NCBI GenBank assembly: GCA_002794035.1
Contig: PCXQ01000006.1
Coordinates: forward strand, 24,533-88,532
Origin: Candidatus Yanofskybacteria bacterium CG10_big_fil_rev_8_21_14_0_10_36_16
GTDB taxonomy: Bacteria > Patescibacteriota > Minisyncoccia > 2-02-FULL-40-12 > IGHO2-01-FULL-4-A
DNA length: 64,000 nucleotides
Direction: 5' to 3'
Shown: positions 1 to 9,803 of the stretch, in pieces
Position numbering within the stretch: the stretch's first letter is position 1
How the letters are laid out: each line of letters opens with the position of its first letter
Program-made: the position numbers and the translations under genes
The notes under the pieces: model-generated
Told to the model about the DNA's origin: nothing
Seen by the model: the letters and a program-made list of their open reading frames with translations, nothing else
Databases searched by the model: none

Positions 1-29
1 TTGTCGGTGTTGTTATAACCTTTTCTCTT

Positions 30-1082
30 TTGCTTATTTTTAATCTCATTTTACCTTCAATGTTTGATAACTCAGAATTTATATCTCTGGGAGCATTGTT
101 TATGCTGCCATTTATCACATTTACTTTTTATTCCATAACAAAACGTCAATTCCTTGATGTAAAAATAATAGCTACTGAAATCTTTGCAATTGTACTATCT
201 ATAATAGTTTTGTTTGATGTAATTGTCGCTAAAGATCTTGGAACAGTAATTCTAAGATCCGGTATTTTCTTAATAGTCCTATCATTTAATATTTTAATTG
301 TAAAAAGCGTTTGGAACGAGGTTAAACAAAAAGAAAAACTTGAAATATTGGCTAAAAAATTACAATCAACAAACGACAGGCTTAAGGAACTAGACATGCT
401 CAAATCTCAATTTTTGTCTTTTGCTTCCCATCAAGTCAAAGCACCAATGGCCATTGTAAAAGGATATGCTGATTTAATAGCCAAAGGAGATTATGGCGAA
501 GTACCTGAAGAAGTCAAAAACACAGCAAATAAAATCAAGAACTCAGCCGACAAAATGATAAGTCTCGTAGAAGAACTTCTGAACCTCAGAAAAATAGAAG
601 AAGGGAAAATAGAATACGACATGAAAACAAAAGATATAACATTTATAATAAAAGAGGTGGTAGACGAGCTACAAACATTGGCAGATGACAAGAAACTACA
701 CCTAAACTTTGAAACACCTACCAAACAATTCAATGCAAAAATTGATGAGGGCAAATTCAAGCAAATCATCCAAAACTTAGTTGAGAACTCAATCAAATAC
801 ACTGAGGAAGGCTGGATAAAAGTAACTATTGAAGAAAAAGATGACAGTGCCTTAATAACAGTTTCCGATTCAGGTATTGGCATGAGCAAAGAAACAACAA
901 ATGATCTTTTTGAACAATTCCATCGCGGTTCTGGAAAAAGCAGATCTATTAAAGGCACAGGGCTTGGTCTTTATATAGCAAAAAAGATGATAGAAGCACA
1001 CAACGGCAAGGTGTGGGCAGAATCTGAAGGCGAAGGAAAAGGATCTCAATTTCATGTTCAGCTACCGTTAGAATATTCGTAG
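30..1082 (+). CDS. Membrane sensor histidine kinase (HisKA + HATPase_c); N-terminus probably truncated by the window edge
   Basis: Hydrophobic N-terminal helices, H-box FASHQVKAP, N-box QNLVENSIKYT, G1 DSGIG, G2 GTGLGL. Confidence 0.93.
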   Translation: MLIFNLILPSMFDNSEFISLGALFMLPFITFTFYSITKRQFLDVKIIATEIFAIVLSIIVLFDVIVAKDLGTVILRSGIFLIVLSFNILIVKSVWNEVKQKEKLEILAKKLQSTNDRLKELDMLKSQFLSFASHQVKAPMAIVKGYADLIAKGDYGEVPEEVKNTANKIKNSADKMISLVEELLNLRKIEEGKIEYDMKTKDITFIIKEVVDELQTLADDKKLHLNFETPTKQFNAKIDEGKFKQIIQNLVENSIKYTEEGWIKVTIEEKDDSALITVSDSGIGMSKETTNDLFEQFHRGSGKSRSIKGTGLGLYIAKKMIEAHNGKVWAESEGEGKGSQFHVQLPLEYS

Positions 1083-1218
1083 TTTGCCGCTTATTATATA
1101 TCCCCAAAAAACATGGAGCGTATTCTATGTTTTTTTATTTTTAAATACTTAGGCATTATTACTTATTTTTAATCCCAGCTGTGGCTAATTCAATTTTTTG
1201 TTGTGTTATAATGATTTT

Positions 1219-1647
1219 ATGGAAAATCAATTAAAACAAACTATACTTATCGTTGATGACGAAAAAGATTTTAGGGAAATTTTAGTTACCAAACTAAAAA
1301 CATTGGGCGTTAACATAGTAGAAGCCGAAAATGGAGAAGAAGCGCTTGTAAAGCTTAAGGAGATCAAGCCTGATTTAATCATGCTAGACGTAAACATGCC
1401 AAAAATGAATGGGCCAGAAACGCTTTCCCAAATTAAAGCAAACCCTGAATGGGCAGACTTAAAGATAGTTTTTTTAACCAACTATGGTGAACCGCAACAA
1501 GAAGTTGCATGGACTGATGAAAGACTGGCCCGCGAAGCTGGGGCAATGGACTATATAAGAAAAAGTGATGACCTTGATACTATCATTGGAGAGGTAATAC
1601 CCCTTATCAGCCCGTCACAATTAGACGGCCCTGAAAATAACGGATAA
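1219..1647 (+). CDS. Single-domain response regulator (CheY-like receiver)
   Basis: ILIVDDE, DLIMLDVNMPKMNG, FLTN, YIRK receiver motifs; ATG 1219 preferred over TTG 1198. Confidence 0.92.
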   Translation: MENQLKQTILIVDDEKDFREILVTKLKTLGVNIVEAENGEEALVKLKEIKPDLIMLDVNMPKMNGPETLSQIKANPEWADLKIVFLTNYGEPQQEVAWTDERLAREAGAMDYIRKSDDLDTIIGEVIPLISPSQLDGPENNG

Positions 1648-1759
1648 AATCAAAGACAAAATGTTAAATAACAAATATTTTCTAATTCAAATTTTAAAAA
1701 TTTGAGTTTTTAACATTGGATCTCAGTTTAATGCTTGTCCTAAATTTTAATTTGTAAAC

Positions 1760-3502
1760 ATGGCAAAAGATGTAAGTAAAACAATTTTAATAATAGACGA
1801 CAACCCTTTCATGGTTGAGATTTTAGCGAACGAACTTAAAAACTCAGGATTCAACATAGAAAAAGCTGACAGTGGAGAAAAAGGTATTAAAAAAATAAAG
1901 GATTCAAAACCTTCATTGCTTATACTTGATATGCCCCTGCCTGACAAAGCCGATGGATTTAAAACATTAAAAGAGATCAAAGAAAATTCTAAAGACTTGC
2001 CAATATTAATTGTTTCCAACAACGATACTGTAGAATTTAGAAAAAAGGTATTGGAGGAAGGTGTAAACGGATACTTAATAAAAGCATTTGCAGGAAAAGA
2101 CGAGGTCATACAAGCAGTTAATGAAATCATGGCAGGTAAAGTTATCATGCCATCTATGGAAGAACAACCGGCATCAGAAAAAACAAAAGATGAATCAGGT
2201 GAATCGGAAGGTAAGGATGAAAATAAAATTAAATACAAAAGCCCCTTCAGCTCAACAAGTATTAACATTGGGGTTCCACCAAAAATAAAAGCAAAAATAG
2301 AAAAAGCTTTAGTTTCACCACGTGCCGAGTTATCAATAATAAACCTTGTAAATGACTTGATAGAATACGCTTACCATGCTCGTGCATCAGATATTCACCT
2401 TGAGCCATACAGTGATAGATTTATTGCAAGAATGAGAATTGATGGCATACTTCATGATGTATTTTCACTTCCCAAAAATACACAATCAGAAATTATAGCC
2501 AGAATAAAAGTTCTTGCCGGAATGAGAACCGACGAACACCAAACCGCCCAGGATGGCAGATTTAAAGCAACAATAAAAAGCCCGCCCAAACAATTTGATA
2601 TTCGTGTTTCAATAGTACCAACATATTACGGAGAAAACTCTGTTCTTAGGCTTTTGGCCGAACAATCATCCATAAAAACCATAGAGGACTTGGCATTCTC
2701 ACCAGAAGACAAAGAAAGAATAAAACGTGCAATTAAAAAACCTTACGGCATGATACTTGTCACAGGACCAACTGGTTCAGGTAAATCAACCACTCTCTAT
2801 ACTGTAATTAGAGAATTAAACAAACGTTCAGTATCAATAATCACCATCGAAGATCCAGTGGAATACTCAGTAGAAGGAATAGACCAAATACAGGTAAACA
2901 CCCGAACAGGATTAACTTTTGCAACAGGATTAAGATCAATACTAAGACAAGACCCCAATGTCATTATGGTAGGAGAAATACGAGACAAGGAAACAGCATC
3001 TATTGCGGTTAATGCGGCCCTAACAGGCCACAAACTTCTTTCGACACTTCATACGAATGACGCCGCAACGACACTGCCTCGATTGTTGGACATGGAGGTC
3101 GAACCTTTCTTAATTGCCTCAACTGTTAATGTTGTGATAGGTCAGCGTCTTGTTAGAATGTTGTGCACAAAATGCAAGAAAAAAAGAAAAATGACTGAGA
3201 CCGAGCTAAAGAACCTCACCAAGAGCATCCCCGAAAAAATATTAGGCAATCATAAAGAATTTTATGAAGTAGGCGGATGTGAAGTTTGTGGCGATACCGG
3301 ATACTTTGACAGAATGGGCATTTATGAAATTTTAGAAATGAATGATGAAATAAGAAGCGCAATATTAAGAAGAGCGGACTCAAGTGAAATAAACGAAATA
3401 GCAACAAAAAGCGGAATGAGTACTCTGCTTGAAGACGGATTTAAAAAAGTCGTTTCGGGACTGACAACGATTGAAGAATTATTAAGAGTTGTCAAAGAAT
3501 AA
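1760..3502 (+). CDS. Receiver domain fused to PilB/GspE-family pilus assembly ATPase
   Basis: N-terminal REC (ILIIDDN, LLILDMPLP); ASDIHLEP, Walker A GPTGSGKS, EDPVEY, RQDPNVIMVGEIRD, His box LSTLHTN, CxxC..CxxC zinc motif. Confidence 0.93.
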   Translation: MAKDVSKTILIIDDNPFMVEILANELKNSGFNIEKADSGEKGIKKIKDSKPSLLILDMPLPDKADGFKTLKEIKENSKDLPILIVSNNDTVEFRKKVLEEGVNGYLIKAFAGKDEVIQAVNEIMAGKVIMPSMEEQPASEKTKDESGESEGKDENKIKYKSPFSSTSINIGVPPKIKAKIEKALVSPRAELSIINLVNDLIEYAYHARASDIHLEPYSDRFIARMRIDGILHDVFSLPKNTQSEIIARIKVLAGMRTDEHQTAQDGRFKATIKSPPKQFDIRVSIVPTYYGENSVLRLLAEQSSIKTIEDLAFSPEDKERIKRAIKKPYGMILVTGPTGSGKSTTLYTVIRELNKRSVSIITIEDPVEYSVEGIDQIQVNTRTGLTFATGLRSILRQDPNVIMVGEIRDKETASIAVNAALTGHKLLSTLHTNDAATTLPRLLDMEVEPFLIASTVNVVIGQRLVRMLCTKCKKKRKMTETELKNLTKSIPEKILGNHKEFYEVGGCEVCGDTGYFDRMGIYEILEMNDEIRSAILRRADSSEINEIATKSGMSTLLEDGFKKVVSGLTTIEELLRVVKE

Positions 3503-3526
3503 AATTAAATAATTAAATAATTTAAA

Positions 3527-4600
3527 TTGAAAAAATTTAACCTACAAAAACTATTTCTTCATATCTCCCTAAAGGAGCAAATGCTTTTTGCTAAACACAT
3601 GTCAGTAATGATAGGTTCCGGCATGCAAGTCATACAAAGCTTAAACACACTTAAGGAACAGGTGGACTCTCGTTCATTTAAAATGATTTTGGATGATTTA
3701 ATAAATGACACAAAAAGCGGGCAATTTTTGTCCACCAGCTTAGAAAAATACAAAAATGTATTCAGTGAATTTTTTATAAACGTAATAAGGGTCGGAGAAG
3801 CAAGCGGAACACTGCCTGAAAACTTTAAATACCTTGCCGAAGAACTTAAAAAACGACAAGAACTAGCAAACAAAATAAAAGGTGCGATGGTTTACCCAGT
3901 AATAATATTGATAGCAACATTTGGCATAACAGGATTGCTGGTATTTTTCATATTTCCCAAGATACTCCCCGTGCTTAAAAGCATAGATGTAGAACTGCCT
4001 GTTTTGACAGTATATTTTATTTCAATATCTGAATTCACCTTCAAATATGGTTACTGGTTATTTGGCGGTGTGATTGCCCTAATTATAGGAATATGGGGCA
4101 TATTAAGAATCAGGCCTGTAAAATTTTTGTGGCATAAAATAATACTAAAAATACCCATAGTTAACAAAATGTCACAAGCTATAAACATGATAAAATTTTC
4201 AAGAACCCTGGGACTTCTTTTAAAAAGTGACGTAAAAATAGTGGAATCACTAAACATCACATCAAACACTATCAGTAATCTGGTTTATCAAAAAGCAATC
4301 AGAGAAACTGCTAACAGTGTTCGTATGGGTGATCAAATATCAAAATATTTAGCGACAAAGCCGCATCTTTTCCCAAAACTTTCAACCCAGATGATATCAG
4401 TCGGGGAAAACACAGGAAAATTAGATGAATCAGCTTTTTATCTGGCTGATTTCTATGAAAGCGAATTGAATGAAACCACCAAAACTCTTTCAAATGCAAT
4501 AGAGCCCATCCTTCTTCTGGCAATGGGACTTATCGTAGGATTTGTGGCACTAGCTATAATAACTCCTATATATAAAATAACACAAACATTGTCCCGTTAA
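3527..4600 (+). CDS. pilC: PilC/GspF-family type IV pilus platform protein
   Basis: Two T2SSF repeats (GEASGTL, GENTGKL), MVYP and IEP motifs, three TM segments. Confidence 0.92.
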   Translation: MKKFNLQKLFLHISLKEQMLFAKHMSVMIGSGMQVIQSLNTLKEQVDSRSFKMILDDLINDTKSGQFLSTSLEKYKNVFSEFFINVIRVGEASGTLPENFKYLAEELKKRQELANKIKGAMVYPVIILIATFGITGLLVFFIFPKILPVLKSIDVELPVLTVYFISISEFTFKYGYWLFGGVIALIIGIWGILRIRPVKFLWHKIILKIPIVNKMSQAINMIKFSRTLGLLLKSDVKIVESLNITSNTISNLVYQKAIRETANSVRMGDQISKYLATKPHLFPKLSTQMISVGENTGKLDESAFYLADFYESELNETTKTLSNAIEPILLLAMGLIVGFVALAIITPIYKITQTLSR

Positions 4601-4725
4601 TGATAAAAATTAACAAAAATACCAGTTTTACCAAAAATACCAATGAGTATTTTGTTTTTTCTCATAAAAATAAGGGATTCACCCTGCTCTTGTTAAATGG
4701 TTTATTAACTAAATTTTTAAATTAG
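4600..4725 (+). CDS. Short uORF: displaced prepilin leader (MIKINKNTSFTKNTNEYFVFSHKNKG|FTLLLLNGLLTKFLN)
   Basis: ATG overlaps the pilC stop (TAATG); reads KG|FT, then runs into the inserted element and stops at TAG 4723-4725. Confidence 0.55.
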   Translation: MIKINKNTSFTKNTNEYFVFSHKNKGFTLLLLNGLLTKFLN

Positions 4726-4787
4726 TCGTGAAATTTAAAATAGCAAAAATATTTTCTTATGATAATTTTCCCTTTTCAAGGGCGGGG
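4683..4787. mobile_element. Pilin cleavage-site element, copy A (105 bp)
   Basis: Flanked by TTCAC at 4678-4682 and 4788-4792; ends CCTGCTCTTG...CAAGGGCGGGG are complementary if G-T pairs are allowed; contains the GTG start and leader of the 4728 gene. Confidence 0.7.
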
Positions 4788-7421
4788 TTCACAATCTTGG
4801 AAACTCTTATTGCTGCTGCACTATTTGTTATCATTGGCGGAGGTATATATTTAGCCTACTCAAATATACTTGAAATAATCACTAGGGGACGGCTTGATGC
4901 TGAAGCCGCTTTTATTTTGGAAAAAGAAATAGAAATAGTAAGGAACATGTCTTATGAAAATATTGGAACCACAACAGGAGCACCATTTGGCAAATTAAAA
5001 AGTGAAAAAACTGTAATAGCAGGTAATATACCTTTTGTTTTAAGAACTACTGTCAGAAACATAGACCATATTTTTGACGGCAAATTAAAAGGCAAGAATA
5101 ATATAGCCAATCTAGATGTAGGTGCTCAAGTTGGAGAAGGAGGGTTAAGAATGGAAAACCAATCTAAAATAATAGGGGATGTGTTTTCAAACGGCGACAT
5201 AATTGGAACCGGTAATTCTAATATTACAGGGAGTGCATGGGCTGCAGGATCTAGCAAAATTGATACAGTCAATGTGGCTAATGATGTTCATGCAAATACT
5301 ATACTTAACAGCTTTGTGGGAAGAGATGCTTATTACAAAAACATTTCCAATACAACTGTAGTTGGTAATTTGTTTTCTAATGTCCCGGATATTGAACCCC
5401 AAGAGCTTCCAATATCACCCCAACAACTGGCTGAATGGAAAACACTCGCTGCTGAAGGAGGCACTATCCCGACCCAAACCATAAGCGGATCCAATATTGT
5501 TCCTCTTGGACCAATTAAGATAAACGGAAATCTTACCATAAGAAATTCCGGACGCTTAATAATAACAGGGGTAATCTGGGTCACAGGAGATATTCTTATG
5601 CAAAATGATGCGGTAATTGAGATCGATCCGTCATTTGGAATGTTAAGCGGTCTGATAATCACAGACGGCAGTGTAATGATAAGAAATGAATCTGCCATAT
5701 GCGGGTCTGAGGGTTATAACACTTCAACCCAGACATGTAACCCGCCTGACTCAAGCTTTGTTTTCATAGTTTCAACAAAAGAAACCCTTGAAGATCCGGC
5801 TATAACAATAAATAACGCATCTGACTTAAGAACTCTTGTACATGCCAACAACGGAACAATAAATTTAAAAAATGCTATCCAACTAGTTAATGCTACGGGT
5901 TATTCAATTTTATTAGAAAACACCGCGTCAGTTATATATGACGAGGATTTGGATGATGTAGAATTTGGTTTTGGATCATTGGCATCAGTCCAAGAAGATC
6001 TGGCGCCAGGGGACTACAAACTGGTGGAAATTGAAATAAGCTGTCCTGAATGCACACTACCATTCACACCCAAAAAAGTTACCGCCACCGTAGCTCCACA
6101 GGGCCTTGAAACAGTAAGTAGAAATGGATCATTGTTTATTAATGCAATTGATGCATCGGGTGACTCCACAGCAAATGCTACTGTGCATGTTGTTAATAAT
6201 TCTGCCAATCCTCCAATTGACATCACTGATGTAACCGGCTCTGATGGCAAACTCCAGATCATTGATGTAGCCACAGGATCTTTTACATATGAAATTATTG
6301 TTTCTAAAGCAGGATATTCCACCGAACAAACATATCTGCCAGGGGAACCATCGAACCCCAATCCTGTTAAACCTCATGCAACGGTAGCAGAACAAGACGT
6401 AACTGAAATTACTTTCGTCATAGACAGAACTAGCACCATGAACCTAACCACAAGCGATTACATATGTTCTCCTGTGGCTGACATTAATTTCCTACAGGAA
6501 GGAAGCAAGCTCATAGGCCAAAGCCCAGATGTATTAAAATATTCTGAGAACCTTTCAACAGACACGAACGGAAATTACACAAACAACTCACTGGAATGGG
6601 ATACATACAATTTATCTCTAACTGATTCCGGATTTGACCTGGCTGGAACTGATATTCTTATGCCTTTGGTTATTAACCCAAACACCAACAGAAATATCAC
6701 CTGGACAGTAAAGCCCAAATTTTCTAATTCACTTCTCGCTGTAGCAAGAGACACAAACGGAAATTTTGTAAACGATGCCGAGGTTACAGTATCAGGCCCA
6801 GAAACCAAATCTGCTTTTACTGGTCTGGCATCCATATCTTATACTGACTGGTCGGGGGGCAATTATGACTCTCAAAGCGGAGGAATCGCAACAACGCCTG
6901 CGGGACAGCTAACCTTGGTTGATTTAGGAGGAAACAAATATGCTTCAAACAGTGAGGAGTGGTTAATTTCCAACACTATTGATTTTGGAACATCAACAAT
7001 ATTTTATGGAAAAATTGATTGGGACCCCAAAAACCAGCCAGCTCAAACTGGAGCAAATAGCTTAAAATTCCAAATAGCAGCAAACAACGATAACAACACC
7101 TGGAATTTTGTAGGACCTGATGGTTCCTCAAACACTTATTACACGACCGCAAAAACCGATATTTACAGTCAGCATGATGGGAATAGATATCTAAGATATA
7201 AGGCATATCTACAAACAGTAGACCAAGGGTTCACCCCATTATTAGATAAGATAATCATAGAGTTTAACTCAAGCTGTGTTCCTGAAGGGCAAGCCCTTCT
7301 AAACAATTTACCGAATGGATCATACAACATAACAATAGATCACCCGGGTTATAAAACATACAATGACAACATAAATATAAACAGCGAGTGGCAAGAATAT
7401 AGAGCCATTTTGGTTCCATAA
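4728..7421 (+). CDS. Large minor pilin with beta-rich and carboxypeptidase-regulatory-like C-terminal domains
   Basis: SRAG|FTILETLIAAALF type IV N-methylation motif; VSKAGY and IDHPGY Ig-like motifs. Confidence 0.8.
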   Translation: MKFKIAKIFSYDNFPFSRAGFTILETLIAAALFVIIGGGIYLAYSNILEIITRGRLDAEAAFILEKEIEIVRNMSYENIGTTTGAPFGKLKSEKTVIAGNIPFVLRTTVRNIDHIFDGKLKGKNNIANLDVGAQVGEGGLRMENQSKIIGDVFSNGDIIGTGNSNITGSAWAAGSSKIDTVNVANDVHANTILNSFVGRDAYYKNISNTTVVGNLFSNVPDIEPQELPISPQQLAEWKTLAAEGGTIPTQTISGSNIVPLGPIKINGNLTIRNSGRLIITGVIWVTGDILMQNDAVIEIDPSFGMLSGLIITDGSVMIRNESAICGSEGYNTSTQTCNPPDSSFVFIVSTKETLEDPAITINNASDLRTLVHANNGTINLKNAIQLVNATGYSILLENTASVIYDEDLDDVEFGFGSLASVQEDLAPGDYKLVEIEISCPECTLPFTPKKVTATVAPQGLETVSRNGSLFINAIDASGDSTANATVHVVNNSANPPIDITDVTGSDGKLQIIDVATGSFTYEIIVSKAGYSTEQTYLPGEPSNPNPVKPHATVAEQDVTEITFVIDRTSTMNLTTSDYICSPVADINFLQEGSKLIGQSPDVLKYSENLSTDTNGNYTNNSLEWDTYNLSLTDSGFDLAGTDILMPLVINPNTNRNITWTVKPKFSNSLLAVARDTNGNFVNDAEVTVSGPETKSAFTGLASISYTDWSGGNYDSQSGGIATTPAGQLTLVDLGGNKYASNSEEWLISNTIDFGTSTIFYGKIDWDPKNQPAQTGANSLKFQIAANNDNNTWNFVGPDGSSNTYYTTAKTDIYSQHDGNRYLRYKAYLQTVDQGFTPLLDKIIIEFNSSCVPEGQALLNNLPNGSYNITIDHPGYKTYNDNININSEWQEYRAILVP

Positions 7422-7432
7422 TAAACAAAACC

Positions 7433-7567
7433 ATGAATCTTCATAAAGTTTTAAAAAAATTACTTAGCAATATATCTCCCTCTTCAAGGGCGGGGTTTAC
7501 CCCGCTCTTGAAGATGGATGCGCCTTTTTATCTAATATTTATCAGTAATCACCCTGTTAGCTCATGA
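7433..7567 (+). CDS. Short uORF: duplicated prepilin leader (MNLHKVLKKLLSNISPSSRAG|FTPLLKMDAPFYLIFISNHPVSS)
   Basis: 7433-7500 is a near-identical direct repeat of 7564-7631; its TGA overlaps the next ATG (ATGA). Confidence 0.55.
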   Translation: MNLHKVLKKLLSNISPSSRAGFTPLLKMDAPFYLIFISNHPVSS

Positions 7568-7626
7568 ATCTTCTTAAAGTTTTAAAAAAAATACTTAGCA
7601 ATATATCTCCCTCTTCAAGGGCGGGG
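7501..7626. mobile_element. Pilin cleavage-site element, copy B (126 bp)
   Basis: TTTAC at 7496-7500 and 7627-7631; ends CCCGCTCTTGAAGA / TCTTCAAGGGCGGGG. Confidence 0.72.
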
Positions 7627-8199
7627 TTTACATTAATAGAAATAGTAATCGGATTGGCCATAATGTCTATTATAGTTATTTTAATCGGGTCTTTTGGGCT
7701 TGATATTTTAAGCTCTCAAACATCATTTAGTAGAACACTTGAAATACAAAGCGAAATAAATCAAACATTCAAAGAAATTATACCCGAAATTCGCTCAATG
7801 GAAGAATCAGAAAATGGAGCTTACCCAATTATTTCGGCATCATCGGATTCATTTGAATTTTATAGTGATGTGGATAGCAACGGAACAGTAGACAAAGTAA
7901 GATATTTTGTTGATGGAAGTGAGATGAAAAGAGGAACAACAAAACCCTCAGGCAACCCGCCTGTTTATGATCCGTCTGATGAAAAAATTAAAAGATTAAT
8001 TTCTGATTTAACTTTAACATCAGCGGGCATGTTTAAATATTACGATAAAAATTTCACGGGATCCGAAAACTCATTGGCAGTTCCCGTAAGCATACCGGCA
8101 ATAAGATTAATCAGAATTGAAGCAATAGTTGACCCCAAAATACCGGGCTCATCAAATTTTGTTTCATCAATGCAGGCAACGCCCCGTAATTTACGCTAA
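7564..8199 (+). CDS. Minor pilin (PilW/GspJ-like)
   Basis: SRAG|FTLIEIVIGLAIM motif; EIR helix; D-x-D-x-N-G-x-x-D-x-VRY; C-terminal PRN. Confidence 0.85.
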   Translation: MNLLKVLKKILSNISPSSRAGFTLIEIVIGLAIMSIIVILIGSFGLDILSSQTSFSRTLEIQSEINQTFKEIIPEIRSMEESENGAYPIISASSDSFEFYSDVDSNGTVDKVRYFVDGSEMKRGTTKPSGNPPVYDPSDEKIKRLISDLTLTSAGMFKYYDKNFTGSENSLAVPVSIPAIRLIRIEAIVDPKIPGSSNFVSSMQATPRNLR

Positions 8200-8223
8200 A
8201 ATAAAATTTTAGAGTTTAGAATT

Positions 8224-9651
8224 ATGAAATTAAAAATTAAAAATTTGGAAGCAGGCCAACTTTCCCTCTATGTTTTAATTTTCGGCTCTGTAGCTATTGT
8301 TATACTGTCTGGATTTATACTTTGGGCTGACTTAAGCTTTAAAGCAGCAATAAGACAAACAGATCGGCTTTTGGCGCTTGAAATTGCTGAATCAGGCATT
8401 GAATACTACCGCTGGCATTTAGCTCATGTCCCCGATGATTTTCAGGATGGAACAGGAGAACCAGGACCATATGAACATGATTTCTTTGATAAAAACGGGA
8501 ATATTATTGGCAAGTTTACGCTTGAAATAACTCCGCCCTCAGAATCCTCGGGAGTTGTAATTATAAAATCTACAGGAACCGTTGATGTTGATGATAGTAT
8601 TGAAAGAATAGTTGAAGCTCGACTAGCTCTGTCGTCTCTTGCGGGATATGCCATTGTTTCAAATGACAGCATACACATAGGGCAAGGCGCGGAAGTGTTT
8701 GGACCAATACATTCAAATGGAGGTATAAGCTTTAACGGGATTGCACACCATATTGTAACCAGCACCAGAGAAACATATGACGACCCCGCTCACGCAGGAG
8801 TGGAAGAATATGCAGTACACACCCACATAAACCCTGCTGACCCTCTACCCCCAAATCCATTACAAAAAAGACCTAGTGTTTTTAAAGCAGGGCGTGATTT
8901 CCCTGTTCCGGCGGTTGACTTTGATGGCATTGCCAGAGATTTGTCAGATATAAAAACCGGCGCTCAAGCTAGTGGATCATATTTTGGACCCTCAAGTGCT
9001 GAAGGTTATCGTGTAGTCCTGAAAACAAATGATACTTTTGATTTGTATAAAGTTAATTCACAAATTGCACCGCCTGCCGGATGCACCAACGACTTAAGCG
9101 AATCAGACTGGGGGACATGGAGTATCGATTCTGAAACATTTTTAAATAATTATGCACTTCCTTCAAACGGACTTATTTTTTTTGAAGATAACGCATGGAT
9201 TGAAGGTGAAATTGACGGTGAGCGTCTCACCTTGGCTACGGGTATTTTTCCTGAATCACCTGGTAATTACAAGCATATTATAGTAAACAATAATCTAACT
9301 TATTCTAATATTAATGCCCGAGACAAACTGGGCCTGGTAACACAAGGCAATATTATTATAGGAATGGAAAGCACTGGCGACTTGCGTATTGATGCAGCAA
9401 TAGTGGCTAAAAACGGGCGGGTAGGCAGGTTTTATTACAATCCAAGCTGTTCTCCGTACCACAACAGACAATCCTTAACAATTTATGGAATGATAGCAAC
9501 TAACGAAAAATATGGTTTTGCCTATACAGACGGTACAGGATATCAGCAACGATCCATTACATATGACCCAAGATTACTGTCTGATCCGCCTCCGGGGTTT
9601 CCTTCTGATGCCGGATTTTATGAAATTATAAGTTGGAAAGAATTAAAATAA
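8224..9651 (+). CDS. PilX/GspK-like minor pilin with large C-terminal domain
   Basis: G|QLSLYVLIFG leader lacking E5, ALEIAESGIEYYRW, GPIHSNGG, C-terminal SWKE. Confidence 0.8.
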   Translation: MKLKIKNLEAGQLSLYVLIFGSVAIVILSGFILWADLSFKAAIRQTDRLLALEIAESGIEYYRWHLAHVPDDFQDGTGEPGPYEHDFFDKNGNIIGKFTLEITPPSESSGVVIIKSTGTVDVDDSIERIVEARLALSSLAGYAIVSNDSIHIGQGAEVFGPIHSNGGISFNGIAHHIVTSTRETYDDPAHAGVEEYAVHTHINPADPLPPNPLQKRPSVFKAGRDFPVPAVDFDGIARDLSDIKTGAQASGSYFGPSSAEGYRVVLKTNDTFDLYKVNSQIAPPAGCTNDLSESDWGTWSIDSETFLNNYALPSNGLIFFEDNAWIEGEIDGERLTLATGIFPESPGNYKHIIVNNNLTYSNINARDKLGLVTQGNIIIGMESTGDLRIDAAIVAKNGRVGRFYYNPSCSPYHNRQSLTIYGMIATNEKYGFAYTDGTGYQQRSITYDPRLLSDPPPGFPSDAGFYEIISWKELK

Positions 9652-9803
9652 TATTTACTGTGGATAAAAGCCCTTAAAAACCTAGGGTTTTAGTGCTAAC
9701 CTAAAGCTATGAAATAGGTCGATAAAAAGCCCAAAAAATAGTTTGGGCAAAATATAAACTGAGCTCAGTTTATTTTATTAATTAAAATCAACTAAACTAA
9801 AAA

